Shown here: in pieces, positions 10,736 to 25,157 of the stretch
How positions within the stretch are numbered: the first letter of the stretch is position 1
Layout: each line of letters begins with the position of its first letter
DNA from: Okamejei kenojei
Taxonomy: Eukaryota
Assembly: GCA_035221665.1 (NCBI GenBank)
Contig: CM069138.1
Location: 23,002,001 to 23,066,000 of the forward strand
Reading direction: 5' to 3'
DNA: 64,000 bases
Translations under genes and position numbers: made by a program
The notes under the pieces: model-generated
Database searches by the model: none
The model's input: only the letters and a program-made list of their open reading frames with translations
Told to the model about the DNA's origin: nothing

Positions 10736-11967
10736 TGCTATCAGAGCTCAGAGAGACGTGACCCTCTGGCTTACTCCATCTTGCAGAGACTGAGTGAGGC
10801 ACACCACTTCCTGGTTTTATAGTCCCTCCCCCTCCCTCCAGCAGGGGCAGCAGAGAGAATTGGGAATTTTTTTTAAACGTTATTATCTCTCTGATTTTCC
10901 AACGATGGGAAAAATCCTCTGGTCCAGGAAGGCGGAGGCTGGTTCTGAGCGATCTGGCCACAAATGACGACCGTAGGTGTCTGCGTTCTCTTGGAAATCA
11001 CAGCACTGCAAGCCAAAAGCGGTCAAGATCAGACTTTTAGTTATATAGACTAAACCAAGCACAGACCCGTCGTGTCCCTGTCCCCCAATGCAATAGTCCA
11101 CCACTCACCTATAGCCGCCAACTGTGCAGGCACAGCTGATGGGTTCCCGTTGTGACACCACGGCAACCCTTCCCCAACTGCGCAGGTGTGGCCAGCATGT
11201 GGGAGCGCGACTGCCATGTTTGTTAAAATTTAAAAAGTCAATAACTATTAAACTATATCAATCTGAACAAAACATGCTACAGCACACCTCAGGATAACGG
11301 TGAGTATGGTGGGCCCAATATTGTCGCGCTGTTGTGTATTGTTTTGGCTGTATTTTGGGAACAAACAAACAAAGAAGATGAGAGTTTTAGAGAGAGGTAA
11401 GTAGGTAGGTAGGTAGAGTAGGTAGAATAGGTAGGTAGATATAGATAGATGGATGCCGCTACCAATGAAGGAATGTTGACAGTTACTAGAAGGTATAGTG
11501 GTGCAACAGAAAAAAGGGTGTTGGAGGAGCGACTCTAATAGAAAATTACTGAATTTAATTGTTGTCCTTGCTTGGTTAAAAGATGGGCCCTGTTCATGAG
11601 CACAAAATGGTGGGGTCAGATTCAGGCTAACACAATAAGATGAAGTGTGACTGTATGCATGGAGTTATGATCCGTGGCTGAAAATGATGTTCCACAAATA
11701 ACCATCATATGTGTATTTGTCTGTCCAATTCATTAAAAAGCATAAACAAATGCATGAAAATGAATCGGTATGGGCAAGTTTGGCCGAAGGGCCTGTTTTC
11801 AAGACAAATTACTGTGAAAACTAGAAGATTCAATAGTTTTAATTTTTTCATATTGTAAATATTGTAAACGGAAATGAAAATGAACACGCAAAACCGCTAT
11901 TCCACCCCTGGCATGCTCTATATTTTCACTAACAGAGATTGTTTAGTATTGTGTAAACTGAACTTAC

Positions 11968-12802
11968 TAATGACAATCATCTGGATCATGTTCCCCCTAA
12001 TATCTTCCCACACTGTGCAGTAATACACGGCAGAGTCATTGAGCATCACGTTTATGACATTCAGGATAAAGCTGCTGTTGCAGGGGTCTTTGAACGGCTA
12101 GAACTGGTCAGTGAAGTCTGGTCTCGTTCGTATGCTGACTCTTGCCTGATGTGTTAAATCCCACTCCATGTCCTGCCCAGGGAGTTCTCGGTACCAGTGG
12201 ACGTCAGTGTTTCCCACTTCAAGAGTAGAGGTCCTTCTGCAGTTGTACAGGGCCCTGGTGAGACCACATCTGGAATATTGTGTGTGGTTTTGGTCTGCTA
12301 ATTTGAGGAAGGACATCCTTGCTATTAGAAACGTATAAAATTATAAAAGGACTGGATAAGCTAGATGCAGGAAGAAATGTTCCCAATGTTGGGGGAGTCC
12401 AGTACCAGGGGTCACAGTCTAAGAATAAAGGGGAGGCCATTTATAACTGAGATGAGAAAAAACGTTTTCATCCAGAGAGTTGTGAATTTGTGAAATTCTC
12501 TGCCACAGAAGGCAGTAGAGGCCTATTCACTGGATGAATTAAAAAGAGAATTAGATAGACCTCTAGGGTGCTAGCAGAATCAAGGGATATGGGGAAAAGA
12601 CAGGCACAGGTTACTGATGTGGATGATCAGCCATTTGTCAGAATGAATGGTGGTGCAGGCTTGAAGGGCCAAATGGCTCCACTGCACCATTTTCTATGTT
12701 CTCCATGGATGGAGCCACCGTAAACCGTGCCGTGTCTTCCTCAGTGGGGGGGGAACCACTCTCCAGCTCTGGGAATTGGACCAGGATTGGAAGGATTTGC
12801 AT
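11968..12802 (-). pseudogene. V-set exon 4 (copy A), interrupted by CR1
   Basis: TDVHWYRELPGQDMEW...DSAVYYCTVWEDIRGN; CR1 insert at 12222-12697; in-frame TAG at 12098-12100 in this copy. Confidence 0.8.
12222..12697 (+). mobile_element. CR1 3' fragment inside V exon 4 (copy A)
   Basis: EVLLQLYRALVRPHLEYC coding sequence plus CR1 3' UTR ending ttttctat. Confidence 0.85.
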
Positions 12803-14876
12803 CTTTAATGGGAATATATGTTTCTATTAAAAATACCCACTCAGCACAAACCATGCTTGAAGAGTTGACAGAATCTAACACTTAATTTGTTAAAATTGTT
12901 TTTGTCATTACTAAATCATGCAAAATGGAGTCCATTTGATTAGGGCCATAGATGTGTACCACACAGCAATGGGCCCTTGTGATAATTATAAACCAGAGCA
13001 ATGTCAATGAGTTCAGTGATCCTGCAATATTATATAACCTGTGCATGGGGCCAAAACAAAGTTCTAAATGGGTTTGTGGAGAGGTTTGCTCGTGCTCCTC
13101 AAGAGTTTAAAACTAGTGAGACATGGGGTTGGGACCCAGAATCCACAGCGGACTCATATGTAGAAAATGGAACAGGCATGTCCAGTGAAAGCATTGGCAG
13201 AGATGGGAGGGGGAGCATGAGAGGACCGGTTAGGTTTATCTGCATTTACTTTAAAGCAAGAAGCACAGCAAATGAGACGGATGAGTTGAGAGTGTAGATC
13301 AGCACACAAGATTATGAGGGAAAGCGTGAATTGTGAGGGAAGAGCTGTAATCTATTTATTACTTTAATTATTTTAAGTAAGTGGGGCATTTGGAATATTA
13401 TCATGACTGGGTGGAGTCAAAAGGTTTTTGTAAAGGAAATCATATTCCACAAATCAGCTAATTTTTTGAGATTGCAGTTAGCAGCGTAGATAAGGGAAAA
13501 CAAGCTGACGTTTTGCATTTGGACTTTCAGAAGGCACAAGCTACAAAGAAGGTGCAGATAAAATAACTCTCACTCACACCACCTGTCTTTCCACTCGCTA
13601 TTCATTACCACCTCTAGCCCCGCTAGGTTCCTATATCTGCCACATCTCCTCCCCCTCCCCCTTCCGTGTCTACCTCACCATCCGCGCTCGGATTTACATT
13701 TTATTTCACGCCTTCTTTTCTTATCAGAATTCATTATTTGTAATTTTTTGTCTTCCTGCTTATCACCTCCAGTTTTCGATTAATAACTTCCCTATCCTTC
13801 CATTATGCAACCTCATTCATTCTGACAATCAACCCTTCCATATCTGAGTCTACCTGTCACTTGCAAGCTCCTGCCCCACCCTTACTCCCTCACATCTTTC
13901 ACACAGCTCTCTCCTACACCATCAGTCTGAAGAGGTCTTGACCGAAACACTTGTCTGTCCATTTACCTTCCAGATGTTGGCTGACCTGCTGAGTTTCTCT
14001 GGAAATTAATATCTACATTGGAGATCCTTCGACTTTCTTTTTGGGGGGGGGGGACAAAAAAATTAGGACTTTACTAGCTTTATCTAGCACAAAACGTTAT
14101 TCACATTATTCCCTTTATCGTGTATCTGTGGATGACTCAATGTAATTATGTATTGTCTTTCCACTGACTGGCTAGCACGCATAAGCTTTTTACTGTACCT
14201 GGTACACGTGACAATAAACTTAACCTTAACTCTAAAACTCAAGCTTGGCGTTTTCCTAAGCATTTCATAATATTTCTTCTCCCATGTACTTATACATCTT
14301 TGGATTTTATTAGCTAATCTAATTCCTTTTAATAACTCAAGTTATCCTCTTTCTCTCCTTATTCTGATTTGTTTTAGGAGGGATATGGGCCAATATGCAG
14401 GCAGGTGGGACTGCAATTTTGTTCAAACCAAGCTGTTTGAATGACAATTAAAAGGACGGATTCTGTCTATTCTATTCTATTCTATTCTATTTATTATATT
14501 CTTTTTATTCTAGTCTATTCCAGTGTAGCTCGGACATGTTGGCCGGTTGTGGGGTAGTTGGCCAGAAGGGACTGTTTCATGCTTATGGACTATGTTGGAC
14601 TTTATGGCTATTATTGGTAAATATCTTCCAACTCTGACAACTCAAACCAAAGTGTAATCCTTGTTCATGCACAAAACCCATTTGTACTTGTTCTTTTCAC
14701 ACACTTTTCTATTTCTAGCTGTTGCACTTTACCACGCCTAGGATAAACTCCCCACTGTCTGTTTTACTCGGTGTGGTACAGGAATCCCAATGTGTCGGTG
14801 GATTATTGCGTGAACGGAATAACGTGGAAGCATGCTGTTATTTATAGTCAGTGCGTCCAGGCAAACAATGACTTAT

Positions 14877-14994
14877 CAGTCATTGGCTGGGACCCCTGTT
14901 CCATGGATGTAACTCCACACCGCTGCCACTTTTAGACAGTCAGTATCATTGATGGAAGACATGGTGATGGTTCAGAATGGAACTGTTTGCTCAT
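14877..14994 (-). pseudogene. V-set exon 3 remnant (copy A, noisy)
   Basis: Indel-ridden duplicate of 27985-28099. Confidence 0.6.
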
Positions 14995-16035
14995 GGGCTC
15001 AGGAAGAGGTCCGAGCAGGTGTGGAGGAGGAACTGTGGAGGACGGTGGGGCTCAGGCAGCCGGAGTGTGGAACAAGGTGGGAAAGCATACCGCAGCAGAG
15101 GATTCCGGTCAAATTCATGCAGGCAGGACATCTAGCGTGTCCGGTTCTTGTCCAAGCTGTCTACAATGCCTACCAAGTCCAGCAAACCTCCACGTCTGGG
15201 GCAATGACGAGACACCTTCCTGCACATGTTGCACTGGAAAAGGATCCATTAAGAACCTCCTCAGCAGCGCCTGCCCAAAGTCCCTTGGGGAAGGTCGCTA
15301 ATTGGTGGGCGCCATGAGCAGGTGCTCAAGAGTGGTTGCTGAGAGCAAAGCACTTACATTGGTAACAGCAAAAGCCACAACCACGCTCCAAATAAATCAA
15401 TCACATTTGTCAAGCTGGTGAGAAGCCTCAACCGCAACCAAAAACAAGGATGGGCCTCCTCAACACAGCCACTGACTGGCAGCTGACACATCAATCTAGG
15501 CAAACAACTGAATTTTCCACAGCACTCACAGGAACATCACTCTGCCCGAAGACATGATCTTCCCTCTGATATGACAATAAAGAGCTGATCATTCTGGAGC
15601 TGACAGTGCCCTGGGTAAGATAAGAAGAGTGTATTAAAGTGCCTAACGAGAGGAAACGCGCAAATGTACCTGGAATGGTGGAGATGTACCAGGACTGCAG
15701 CTCTGAAAGACATTTCTAGAGCCCATAGAGGTGGGGCTCGTAGAGGTTTGCAGGTCGCCTCACTGTGCTAAGTTCCTCAACAGTTGGGGCATTACGGGCT
15801 GGAAAAGAAGGAGGACCATTCAATCCTCAAGCGAAGCCGCCAGAGAAAGACCCCCTAGGTGGCTTTGGATTAAGAGGGTGATCCGTGGGCGGTTGCTGCT
15901 GCGGGGACGCAAGTCGGGGCCTGACCAACCCGGCGGAAGCATGGCCGCGGGTCCTTGATGTTGCGAGCTAAAACACCGATGGCCCCAGGTACATCAATGA
16001 GGATGCGTCCCAGCACATTTAGATGTATCATTTCA
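14994..16035 (+). mobile_element. HERO-like RLE non-LTR retrotransposon 3' part (copy A, noisy)
   Basis: Duplicate of 28098-29120. Confidence 0.7.
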
Positions 16036-16057
16036 CACTGTGTGAATATACATGGAG

Positions 16058-16557
16058 NNNNNNNNNNNNNNNNNNNNNNNNNNNNNNNNNNNNNNNNNNN
16101 NNNNNNNNNNNNNNNNNNNNNNNNNNNNNNNNNNNNNNNNNNNNNNNNNNNNNNNNNNNNNNNNNNNNNNNNNNNNNNNNNNNNNNNNNNNNNNNNNNNN
16201 NNNNNNNNNNNNNNNNNNNNNNNNNNNNNNNNNNNNNNNNNNNNNNNNNNNNNNNNNNNNNNNNNNNNNNNNNNNNNNNNNNNNNNNNNNNNNNNNNNNN
16301 NNNNNNNNNNNNNNNNNNNNNNNNNNNNNNNNNNNNNNNNNNNNNNNNNNNNNNNNNNNNNNNNNNNNNNNNNNNNNNNNNNNNNNNNNNNNNNNNNNNN
16401 NNNNNNNNNNNNNNNNNNNNNNNNNNNNNNNNNNNNNNNNNNNNNNNNNNNNNNNNNNNNNNNNNNNNNNNNNNNNNNNNNNNNNNNNNNNNNNNNNNNN
16501 NNNNNNNNNNNNNNNNNNNNNNNNNNNNNNNNNNNNNNNNNNNNNNNNNNNNNNNNN
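16058..16557. other. Assembly gap (500 N)
   Basis: Run of exactly 500 N. Confidence 1.
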
Positions 16558-17249
16558 CATAGAGAGATAGTTATTGATGTGCACATGCTGGCCGAGGGTG
16601 AGACTGGTCTGAGCAGGCACACGTACAGGAGCTGCAGCCGGTCCCAAAAGCGGACTGCAGATCCTGCAGTGGGCAGCTCTGGAAGGGGGGAAAAGTTAGG
16701 GTTAGGTTATGGCATTTTCCTCTCGTGGAAGATGCCTTAGCCTTCCCCTACCCTGGCACTGCCCCAGTCCACTATGGCCGTGACCCCCTTCTGCACACTG
16801 GCAGTCAGTGGGGTTCAGTAAACGGGGGAACCCATAAGAACTGTCTCACCCATTAATTAGTGCATGTTCAGAGCCGGACCTCTGTGGCCATAAATGGTAT
16901 AATAATATTTAGTTTAATAGACTGAATCACGGAAATTAGGCTCCACATGGTGGTAATTTCGGTATCGAAACACTAGATGGAGCTACTTTTTTTATCTCTA
17001 TTTTCTATTTAGTTTAATTATTAATGTGCAAGTTTGGCCCACTGACGAGGGGGTGTGTTAGTGAAAATGTAGTTTTGGACGGCATGGGTCACGAAAGTTG
17101 ATTTCTAGACTCATTTTTGATGCCGGCCCAACAGCTCTAACAATGATCACAAGCTAGTGAGTAAATTCCTGATGGGAAGCTAATGCACACATCAGGGAGG
17201 AGGGATCCCACACAGGTCTGCTTATCCAGAACACCATCAGAAAACTCAC

Positions 17250-17627
17250 CGGAACATTTCTTGAAAAACGGAAAATGTTTTGATAAACTGCTCTGCGGTC
17301 TGGGTCATCGCCTGCTCCGCACTGGGCTGTGAAATAGAGAAAATAAGGTCTCACCAAAGAGCAGCCTCAGAGCTGTGGAATCCCACTTTGCTGTCCCACA
17401 GGCATTATGACGCTCCTTGACAATCGGAACAGCCCTCCGAATTTCACTAACTCCACACAGCGATTGGATCAGACTGAATGATTTAGACTTACACATACAG
17501 GACTGGTGGCTTCAAGAAGCTCTGCGTCTGATGAGGCAAAACGGTTCCTGTAACACAAGAAACTCCAGCACCAAAGGTAGAAGGTCCAGGCAGGTACACC
17601 ACAACATGATTCTCATTCGTTGAGAAA
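17250..17627 (-). pseudogene. Noisy duplicate of the TM exon and cytoplasmic exon 1
   Basis: Matches 4236-4607 with scattered indels, probably sequencing error. Confidence 0.7.
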
Positions 17628-20600
17628 CTGCAACGAAATCACATCATTGGGTAAACATTCAGAGAAAAAGATAATATGTCAGTGCAGAAGGAGCCACTTG
17701 GCCTATTGTTCTGTGCCAGCTCTTTGAAAGAGTGTCCAACTCATCATAACCCACTTATTACCCAGTCCTGGCATAGGTTCTCACTTGATTCTATCCATTC
17801 CTCGGTGGAATGTTGCTATTCAAACCCGCATTCCATCAGCTGACCTTACTTGGTCATGAAAAAAGCGCGCAGTTCCCATGAGGCATGTTCCTTCAACCTT
17901 CATTGGACCATATCTGTATAAATTGCACTGTGATAAAGGAAGGAGGGAGGTGTTCACAAAGCCAGTGACGTTTACCCTTGGCCAGTTATTGGAATACATC
18001 CCTAATGGAACAAAATAAGCATGAATTAGAAATCATTCAATGTCAGCAAGTTGAATTGGGTCCATTGTAACAGTGTATGTGGTCGACACAGAGTGTCAGG
18101 GTGCAGTGGAGTGGGATTATAGTGGGTGACAAGGAAAACTCCTGTAGATGGAGTTGGAATACTCCACAAAGCATTCACTCCATCTGTTGAGAAAGAAACT
18201 ACAGATGTGGTTTATTTCTTGGAGCAGTAACTAAGTGGGTTCAGGCAGTATCTCTGGATTAAAAAGGTATGGTGATGTTTCGAGGTGTATAACCCATGTT
18301 TACACCTGCACTGTTACAGTATGTCTGAAAAAGTTTCCCACCTGATGAAACGTCACCCATTCTTTTTCACCTAGAAATTGCTGCCTGAACCCCCTGAGGT
18401 TACTCCGCACTTTGTGTCAACTATGTTTAATTTCCTCCGATGTGGAAGAGACCACGCGTGAGATCACCAAATGCAGTACATCGTTGGAAAAAGTGCAAGT
18501 CATTCACTGCTTAACCTGGCAAAGGCTAATTGTGTCCCTGGATGGTGGGAAGAGAAGAGGTGAAAAGTCAGGTATTGCTTCTCCTGTGTTTTTGCATCGA
18601 GACACGCCGTAATGAGTGCGATGTGGTTGGTGGGATACGGGAGAGGTGGTGAGGGGATTTTAATGGATCTGGTGAAAAATGCAAAAAAATGATCGGACTG
18701 AATATGGCATGTTCTGGGGGAAGGTAAGGAGAGAGGGAAACTATATTCTTATCCACACTGGAAAGACAAAGAGTGAGAGAATAGATGTGGGAAAATCAAT
18801 AAGTATGTGATCAAAGGACTCTGTTCCACTCCAGTAGAGGAGAAGTCACTGTTCAGGAAAGAAGGAAGCCATTTCGTGGCACTCTTAGGGTAACATTATT
18901 GTTTATTCCCATCGTCATTTTGGCTCAGTTGGTTCTGCATAGATGTGTCCTTGAGCACACTATTTAACAAAACCCATTCACAGCCATAGGATGCATAATA
19001 TGCTTACACGTCATCACATTGAATTCAATCAGAGATATTTCCTTTGTATACCAATCCTTCCTTCTCACAGGAGACTTGTTTTAATTCGGTTTTTCTTTCT
19101 CCACAGATGCTGCCCTGGCCCCCTCCTTCTGGGTGGTAACAGGGGAGAACATATGAACTCCGTTACAGAAGCCCCTGGCCAGGATTTGAAACATGGGTCT
19201 TGGCTCTATAATGCAGCAACTCTACCGCTGCGCCACTGTGCCCCCCATTGACCATTAATTCTGTACTTTCAAAATGGTTACGTAAAATGACAGAGTTAGA
19301 TTGGAATAGGGGGCTTACAATGGGGGAGGGCCAATTTCACGTGACATGTAAGTCAGGGACCTGGCAAATGCAGACTGTTGGAAAATGTTCTTACCTGCAA
19401 GGTCAAAATCAGCACAGTGGGAAAGCATTCGAAGGTAGGTAAAAACAAGAATCAAGGTCAACATATTTGTGTAAGGGTTTGAATTGTCAAGAGTAAACAA
19501 GAAATGGGCACTCAGGAATGCAGAGGGTTGGATAAAGAGAAAATAGGAAGCATATGGTTAACGGGGGGCCGGCAAGTGGTGAGCGCAGGCAGGGCTCGAG
19601 GCAGTAGAAAGAAATGAATATGTAAGTGGTAGTAAATGTAAGAAAATAGTGGTTATAGTGGTTGTAAATGTAAGACAATAGGTGCAGGAGTAGGCCATCT
19701 TTGGCCCTTCAAGCCAGGCACCGCAATTTCTATGTGTTCATGGCTGTTAATCACCAAATTCAGTACCCCGTTCCTGCCTTCTCTCCTATATCCCTGACTC
19801 AGCCCATTAGCTCTCTCTTGAACGTATCCAGAGAACCTGCCTTCACCGCCCCAATGAGGCAGAGGAATTCACAGACTCACCACTCTCTGTGAGAAAAAAA
19901 ACATAGGGTATTGGGGTTTCCCTCTCTCTCCTTCTAACTGGCTTACTCCTTCTTCTTAAACTGTGCGCCCCTGGTTCTGGACGCCCAACTTCTGGGATAC
20001 ATGTTTCCTGCTCTGCGCTGTCCATACCCTTAACAATCTTTTTATTCCAATTCCGGGAATTAACCTTTGTAATCCTCGCTGCACTCCTCTCAATAGCAAG
20101 AATGTCCTTTCGCAAAATTAGTGGGACCAATACCCACACACATTACTCCATGTGTGGTCTCATTGGGGTCTGTACAACTGAAGAAGGACCTCTTTGCTCC
20201 TATATTCGATTCCTCTTGTAATTAAAGGCCAACATGCATTTGCTTTCTTCACTGCCTGCAGTATCTGAAAGAGCAGTGAAGCAGGCGGGCGATGTAATGC
20301 CCACGAACGGGGCCATTTCAAGGCCCCACGATTTGAGGCTGATCGAAGCTGCTGTTGCTGAAGTTTCGGATGTTGTCGGTCACCAACCAGGTCAGGTCAC
20401 GATTATTATGTCCACAGGGCACATGGCTGAACCCTCGAATAGCCTCGCGCATGTGTGCTTTAGTGCGGCACGAAGACATTGTGTGTGTACCATGTTTTGA
20501 TAGATTACATAACATACAACTAAACAAACAACCAAACAAACAAATATACACAACATACAAGGACAAGAGTTTAGTACTATAGACAAGCATGGCTGTTGGG

Positions 20601-21544
20601 TCCAATTCCCCAAAGCAATATTCCTCACTCCCCCATCAGCCCACTACTGCACATGTGTGGCTGATGGGTTCCGTTGTAATGACAGAGATCCTGTTGTGAC
20701 GCGAGTCACTGGTAACCCTCCCCACTGCACAGGCTGGCTGGCAAGAGTGGGAGCGCAAATGCCATGTTCATTTAAGGTCTAAATGTCAATATTTTAAAAA
20801 ATATAACATTACATCTGAATGAAACTTGCTGCTGCACACGAAACGACAAATGGTGAGTAAGTAGTTTGGGGTCTAACAGTTTTTGCGCTGGTCATGTGCC
20901 GTTTTTGCTGTATTTTGGGAACAGATATGGGTACCAGAACAAATAAACAAGATGAGAGTTTTAGTAATAGGATAGACTATGTGGGACCCATTGGGTTCCA
21001 ATGTTCACATGGGAGGGCTGGTTCCCCAACGCAATATGTCCAACTCTCCATCTAATTCAAATATTGGTGGCCATGAGGGAGTTTCTGGAGCACTGGTATG
21101 GGTTCTTGGGCTGGTGGTAGCCAAGCCCCTCAAGTTATGTGCTGGTGGCTCAATCACGGTTGGTGGGCTGCAGTTGACTCAGGCTATTCTTGAAATTCCA
21201 TTTCAAGACAGGGTGCAACGGCACCAAATCTCAAATCCACATTTTCCTTACCACTTCAAGTAGAGTGTAGCCGCTGAATCAAGTGCAGTTTCATACCACT
21301 TTCAGCAGGCGTGCACGGGCCACCGAAATTCAGTGCAGTTTTCCAACCACTTCAAGCAGGGTTGCAAGGCCACCAAATTTAAGTGCATTTTCATACAATT
21401 TCAAGCAGGGTGCATGTCCACCAAATTAAAATTGCAGCTTTCATTACCTTTCATGGCAGGGTGCAACGCCAACACATTCAAAATGCAGTTTCATACCATA
21501 TCATGCAGGGTGCAAGGGCACAAATTCAAATGGCACTTTCTTGC

Positions 21545-23231
21545 TGTAGATTGATGTTGCATGATACCAATCACACACCAGCCAGCATCTCTAACTCCAC
21601 CCCTCTCTAATACTTATCCTAACTCTATTTCCCAGCACGTTTGTCTAGAGCAGCCAGGATGTATTGGCAACTATTCATCCTTTATGCTGTTAAAGTTTTA
21701 GTGCTTGATTAAGATGTGTTTTGATCATGTACTGAGTCTAGAAGGTCATTTACATGGTGTCTCAGAGTGGGATGCTACATACCCAGCCTCCAATTGGAGC
21801 CCAGATCTTGTGTTGGGACCGCCGGGACACACGTTTAGCCTCCTGCCCCGCTCCTTGCAACAGCCATGCGCCTCTCAGCAGCAACAGCCCCTTTCTGCAA
21901 CCTACCTCACCAGCTTGCCCTGGGCGTCGCTGGTGGCAGATATTTTTTGAATGGTGCAGGAAGCACTACCTGTTCTAGACAACTCGTTTTCTAATGGTTT
22001 GAACTGGACAATTGGAACATCCCTCACATCGGAGATGGTCATCCAGAAGCTGAAAAAGACACTTCTCTACCTTTGGCGCTCCTCCGTCAGCCTGAGAACC
22101 GACAATGGTCAGCAGTTCACCAGCCACATGTTCAAGCTTTTCGCAGACGATGGAACTTCCAGCACGTCACGAGCAGTCCTGAGTATCCACAGAATAATGA
22201 CACGCGATGAAAGTGCTGTCAGAAGTGCCTAAAAAACACTTACTGGAGCGAGCACAGATTTCAAAGTCAGATGTTTATCTTGATCTCCTGAATCTCATAT
22301 ATGTTGCCAGGGACGGAACCCTGGGATCGCCAACACAGCGACTGATGTCGAGATTGACGAGGCTCTCCGGTACCATCGCACAACAGCAACTGGTTCATCA
22401 GGTGCTGAAGCCCACCACTATCCTGAAACATCTACAAGAGAAGAATACGATATCCAAGGAACAGTCATATGGACCGTTCCAGCAGACCACTCAAGTCTCT
22501 ACTTCCAGGTCAGGTCGTCCAGCCTACGAACTTCTACTGGACATTCCCGTCTGGGCACTGTTTTTATCAACCCGACTGACGAGCACGGTCGTATCTGGTT
22601 GACTGTGAGGGGAGTGATATACAGGTGAAGAGAAGTCTACACAACACATGCTTCCTGTGAGGGAGCCGCGACCACCGCCTGCTAGTCCCTAATGCTCCAC
22701 CGCTCCATTTCCAGCAACCTTTTGCAATTCTCCCACCCGTCCCCGCATGCCTTGCACCCCTCCATGTCCCGCAGTCTCCACTAACCACGGGGCCTCACCC
22801 ACCGCACGTTTCCACCTTTCGGTCACCACAAGCCTCCACACGTCATTCTCGCCTCCAGCACTCCCCCCCCGCCTCATTCAGGTGAGGGGGGGGAGGGTAT
22901 GGTCCACACGCGCTCGGGCCGTGTTAGTAGACACCAGACAGATATGGTGAGTATGTTTAACCCCATGGCATGAGTGCCCCTTCACACATAACCATTGGGG
23001 GGGAAGGGGATGCGGATTGATGTTGCATGTTAACCAATCACACACCAGCCAGCATCTCCTAACTCCACCCCACCCACCCGGTAGTAGTGAGTCTGTAATA
23101 CTTATACAAGCTCTACTCCCCAGCACCATTAGTTAGAGTAGCCAGGATGTATTGACAACTAATCATCCTTTATGCTGTTGAGTTTTAGTGCTGATTAAAG
23201 ATCATGTACTGAGTCTAAAAGTCATTTACCA
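21545..23231 (+). mobile_element. Gypsy mini-element (duplicate copy B, noisy)
   Basis: Matches 8423-10050; integrase ORF broken by indels. Confidence 0.85.
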
Positions 23232-25157
23232 CATACCATTTCAAGCAGGGTGAAACCACCATAAAACCAACAAAACACCAAACTAACAGTTCAGTAGACA
23301 TTACAGTGTGTTCAGTTTGCTTCACAGCTCAGTCAGAGACGTGACCTCTCCCTCCCCCATCATACAGAGACTGAGCATCATGCTATTAACTTCAGCCAAA
23401 GCACCCAAGCCACCATTTGCAGTTGTTCCTTTTCACTTCAACCCAAAGCACCAAGCCACCATTTGCTGTAGTACCTTTAAATTCAAGCCAAAGCACCCAA
23501 GCCACCATTTGTTGCGGTGCCTTTTAACAGTCAAGCCATTTGCACCCATGCCACCATTTATTTGCAGCACTGCCTTTTACCTTCAAACCAAAGCCACCCA
23601 CCACCATTTGCAGTGGTTGTCTTTTAACTTCAAGCCAATGCACCCCAAGCCACCATTTGCAGCACTGCCTTTTAATTTCAAGCCAAAGCACCCACCATAA
23701 TTTGCAGTAGTGCCTATTAACTTCAAGCCAAAACACCCAAGCCACCCTTCGCAGTAGTGCATTCTAACTTCCAGCAAAACACCCAAGCCACTATTTGTAG
23801 TAGTGCCTTTTAACTTCAGTCCAAAGCACCCAATCCGCCATTTGCAGTAGTGCCTTTTGACTTCAGCCCAAAGCACCCAAGCCACCATTTGCAGTAGTGC
23901 CTTTTTAACTTCAGTCCATTGCTATCAGAGCTCAGAGAGACGTGACCCTCTGGCTTACTCCATTCTTGCAGAGACTGAGTGAGGCACACCACTTCCTGGT
24001 TTTATAGTCCCTCCCCCTCCCTCCAGCAGGGGCAGCAGAGAGAATTGGGAATTTTTTTAAACGTTATTATCTCTTGATTTTCCAACGATGGGGAAAAATC
24101 CTCTGGTCCAGGAAGGCGGAGGCTGGTTTCTGAGCGATTCTGGCCACAAATGACGACCGTTAGGTGTCTGCGTTTCTCTTGGAAATCACAGCACTGCAAG
24201 CCAAAAAGCGGTCAAGATCAGACTTTTAGTTATATAGATTAAACCAAGCACAGACCCGTCGTGTCCCTGTCCCCCAATGCAATAGTCCACCACTCACCTA
24301 TAGCCGCCAACTGTGCAGGCACAGCTGATGGGTTCCCGTTGTGACACCACGGCAACCCTTCCCCAACTGCGCAGGTGTGGCCAGCATGTGGGAGCGCGAC
24401 TGCCATGTTTGTTAAAATTTAAAAAGTCAATAACTATTAAACTATATCAATCTGAACAAAACATGCTACAGCACACCTCAGGATAACGGTGAGTATGGTG
24501 GGCCCAATATTGTCGCGCTGTTGTGTATTGTTTTGGCTGTATTTTGGGAACAAACAAACAAAGAAGATGAGAGTTTTAGAGAGAGGTAAGTAGGTAGGTA
24601 GGTAGAGTAGGTAGAATAGGTAGGTAGATATAGATAGATGGATGCCGCTACCAATGAAGGAATGTTGACAGTTACTAGAAGGTATAGTGGTGCAACAGAA
24701 AAAAGGGTGTTGGAGGAGCGACTCTAATAGAAAATTACTGAATTAATTGTTGTCCTTGCTTGGTTAAAAGATGGGGCCCTGTTCCATGAGCACAAAATGG
24801 TGGGGTCAGATTCAGGCTAACACAATAAGATGAAGTGTGACTGTATGCATGGAGTTATGATCCGTGGCTGAAAATGATGTTCCACAAATAACCATCATAT
24901 GTGTATTTGTCTGTCCAATTCATTAAAAAGCATAAACAAATGCATGAAAATGAATCGGTATGGGCAAGTTTGGCCGAAGGGCCTGTTTTCAAGACAAATT
25001 ACTGTGAAAACTAGAAGATTCAATAGTTTTAATTTTTTCATATTGTAAATATTGTAAACGGAAATGAAAATGAACACGCAAAACCGCTATTCCACCCCTG
25101 GCATGCTCTATATTTTCACTAACAGAGATTGTTTAGTATTGTGTAAACTGAACTTAC

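Larger units (their letters stand above)
7471..11390 (+). mobile_element. Head-to-tail array of related non-autonomous elements, possibly Helitron/Helentron-type
   Basis: Three units start tagac(c/t)a...gacc(c/t)..(t/c)g.gtccc (7471, 7860, 11046) and end aagat(g/c)aga(g/c)ttttag; 7471-7855 and 11046-11390 are clearly homologous. The class assignment is inference. Confidence 0.45.

Noticed and set aside
15870-16740. Long ORFs spanning the gap
   Set aside because: They are translations of N.
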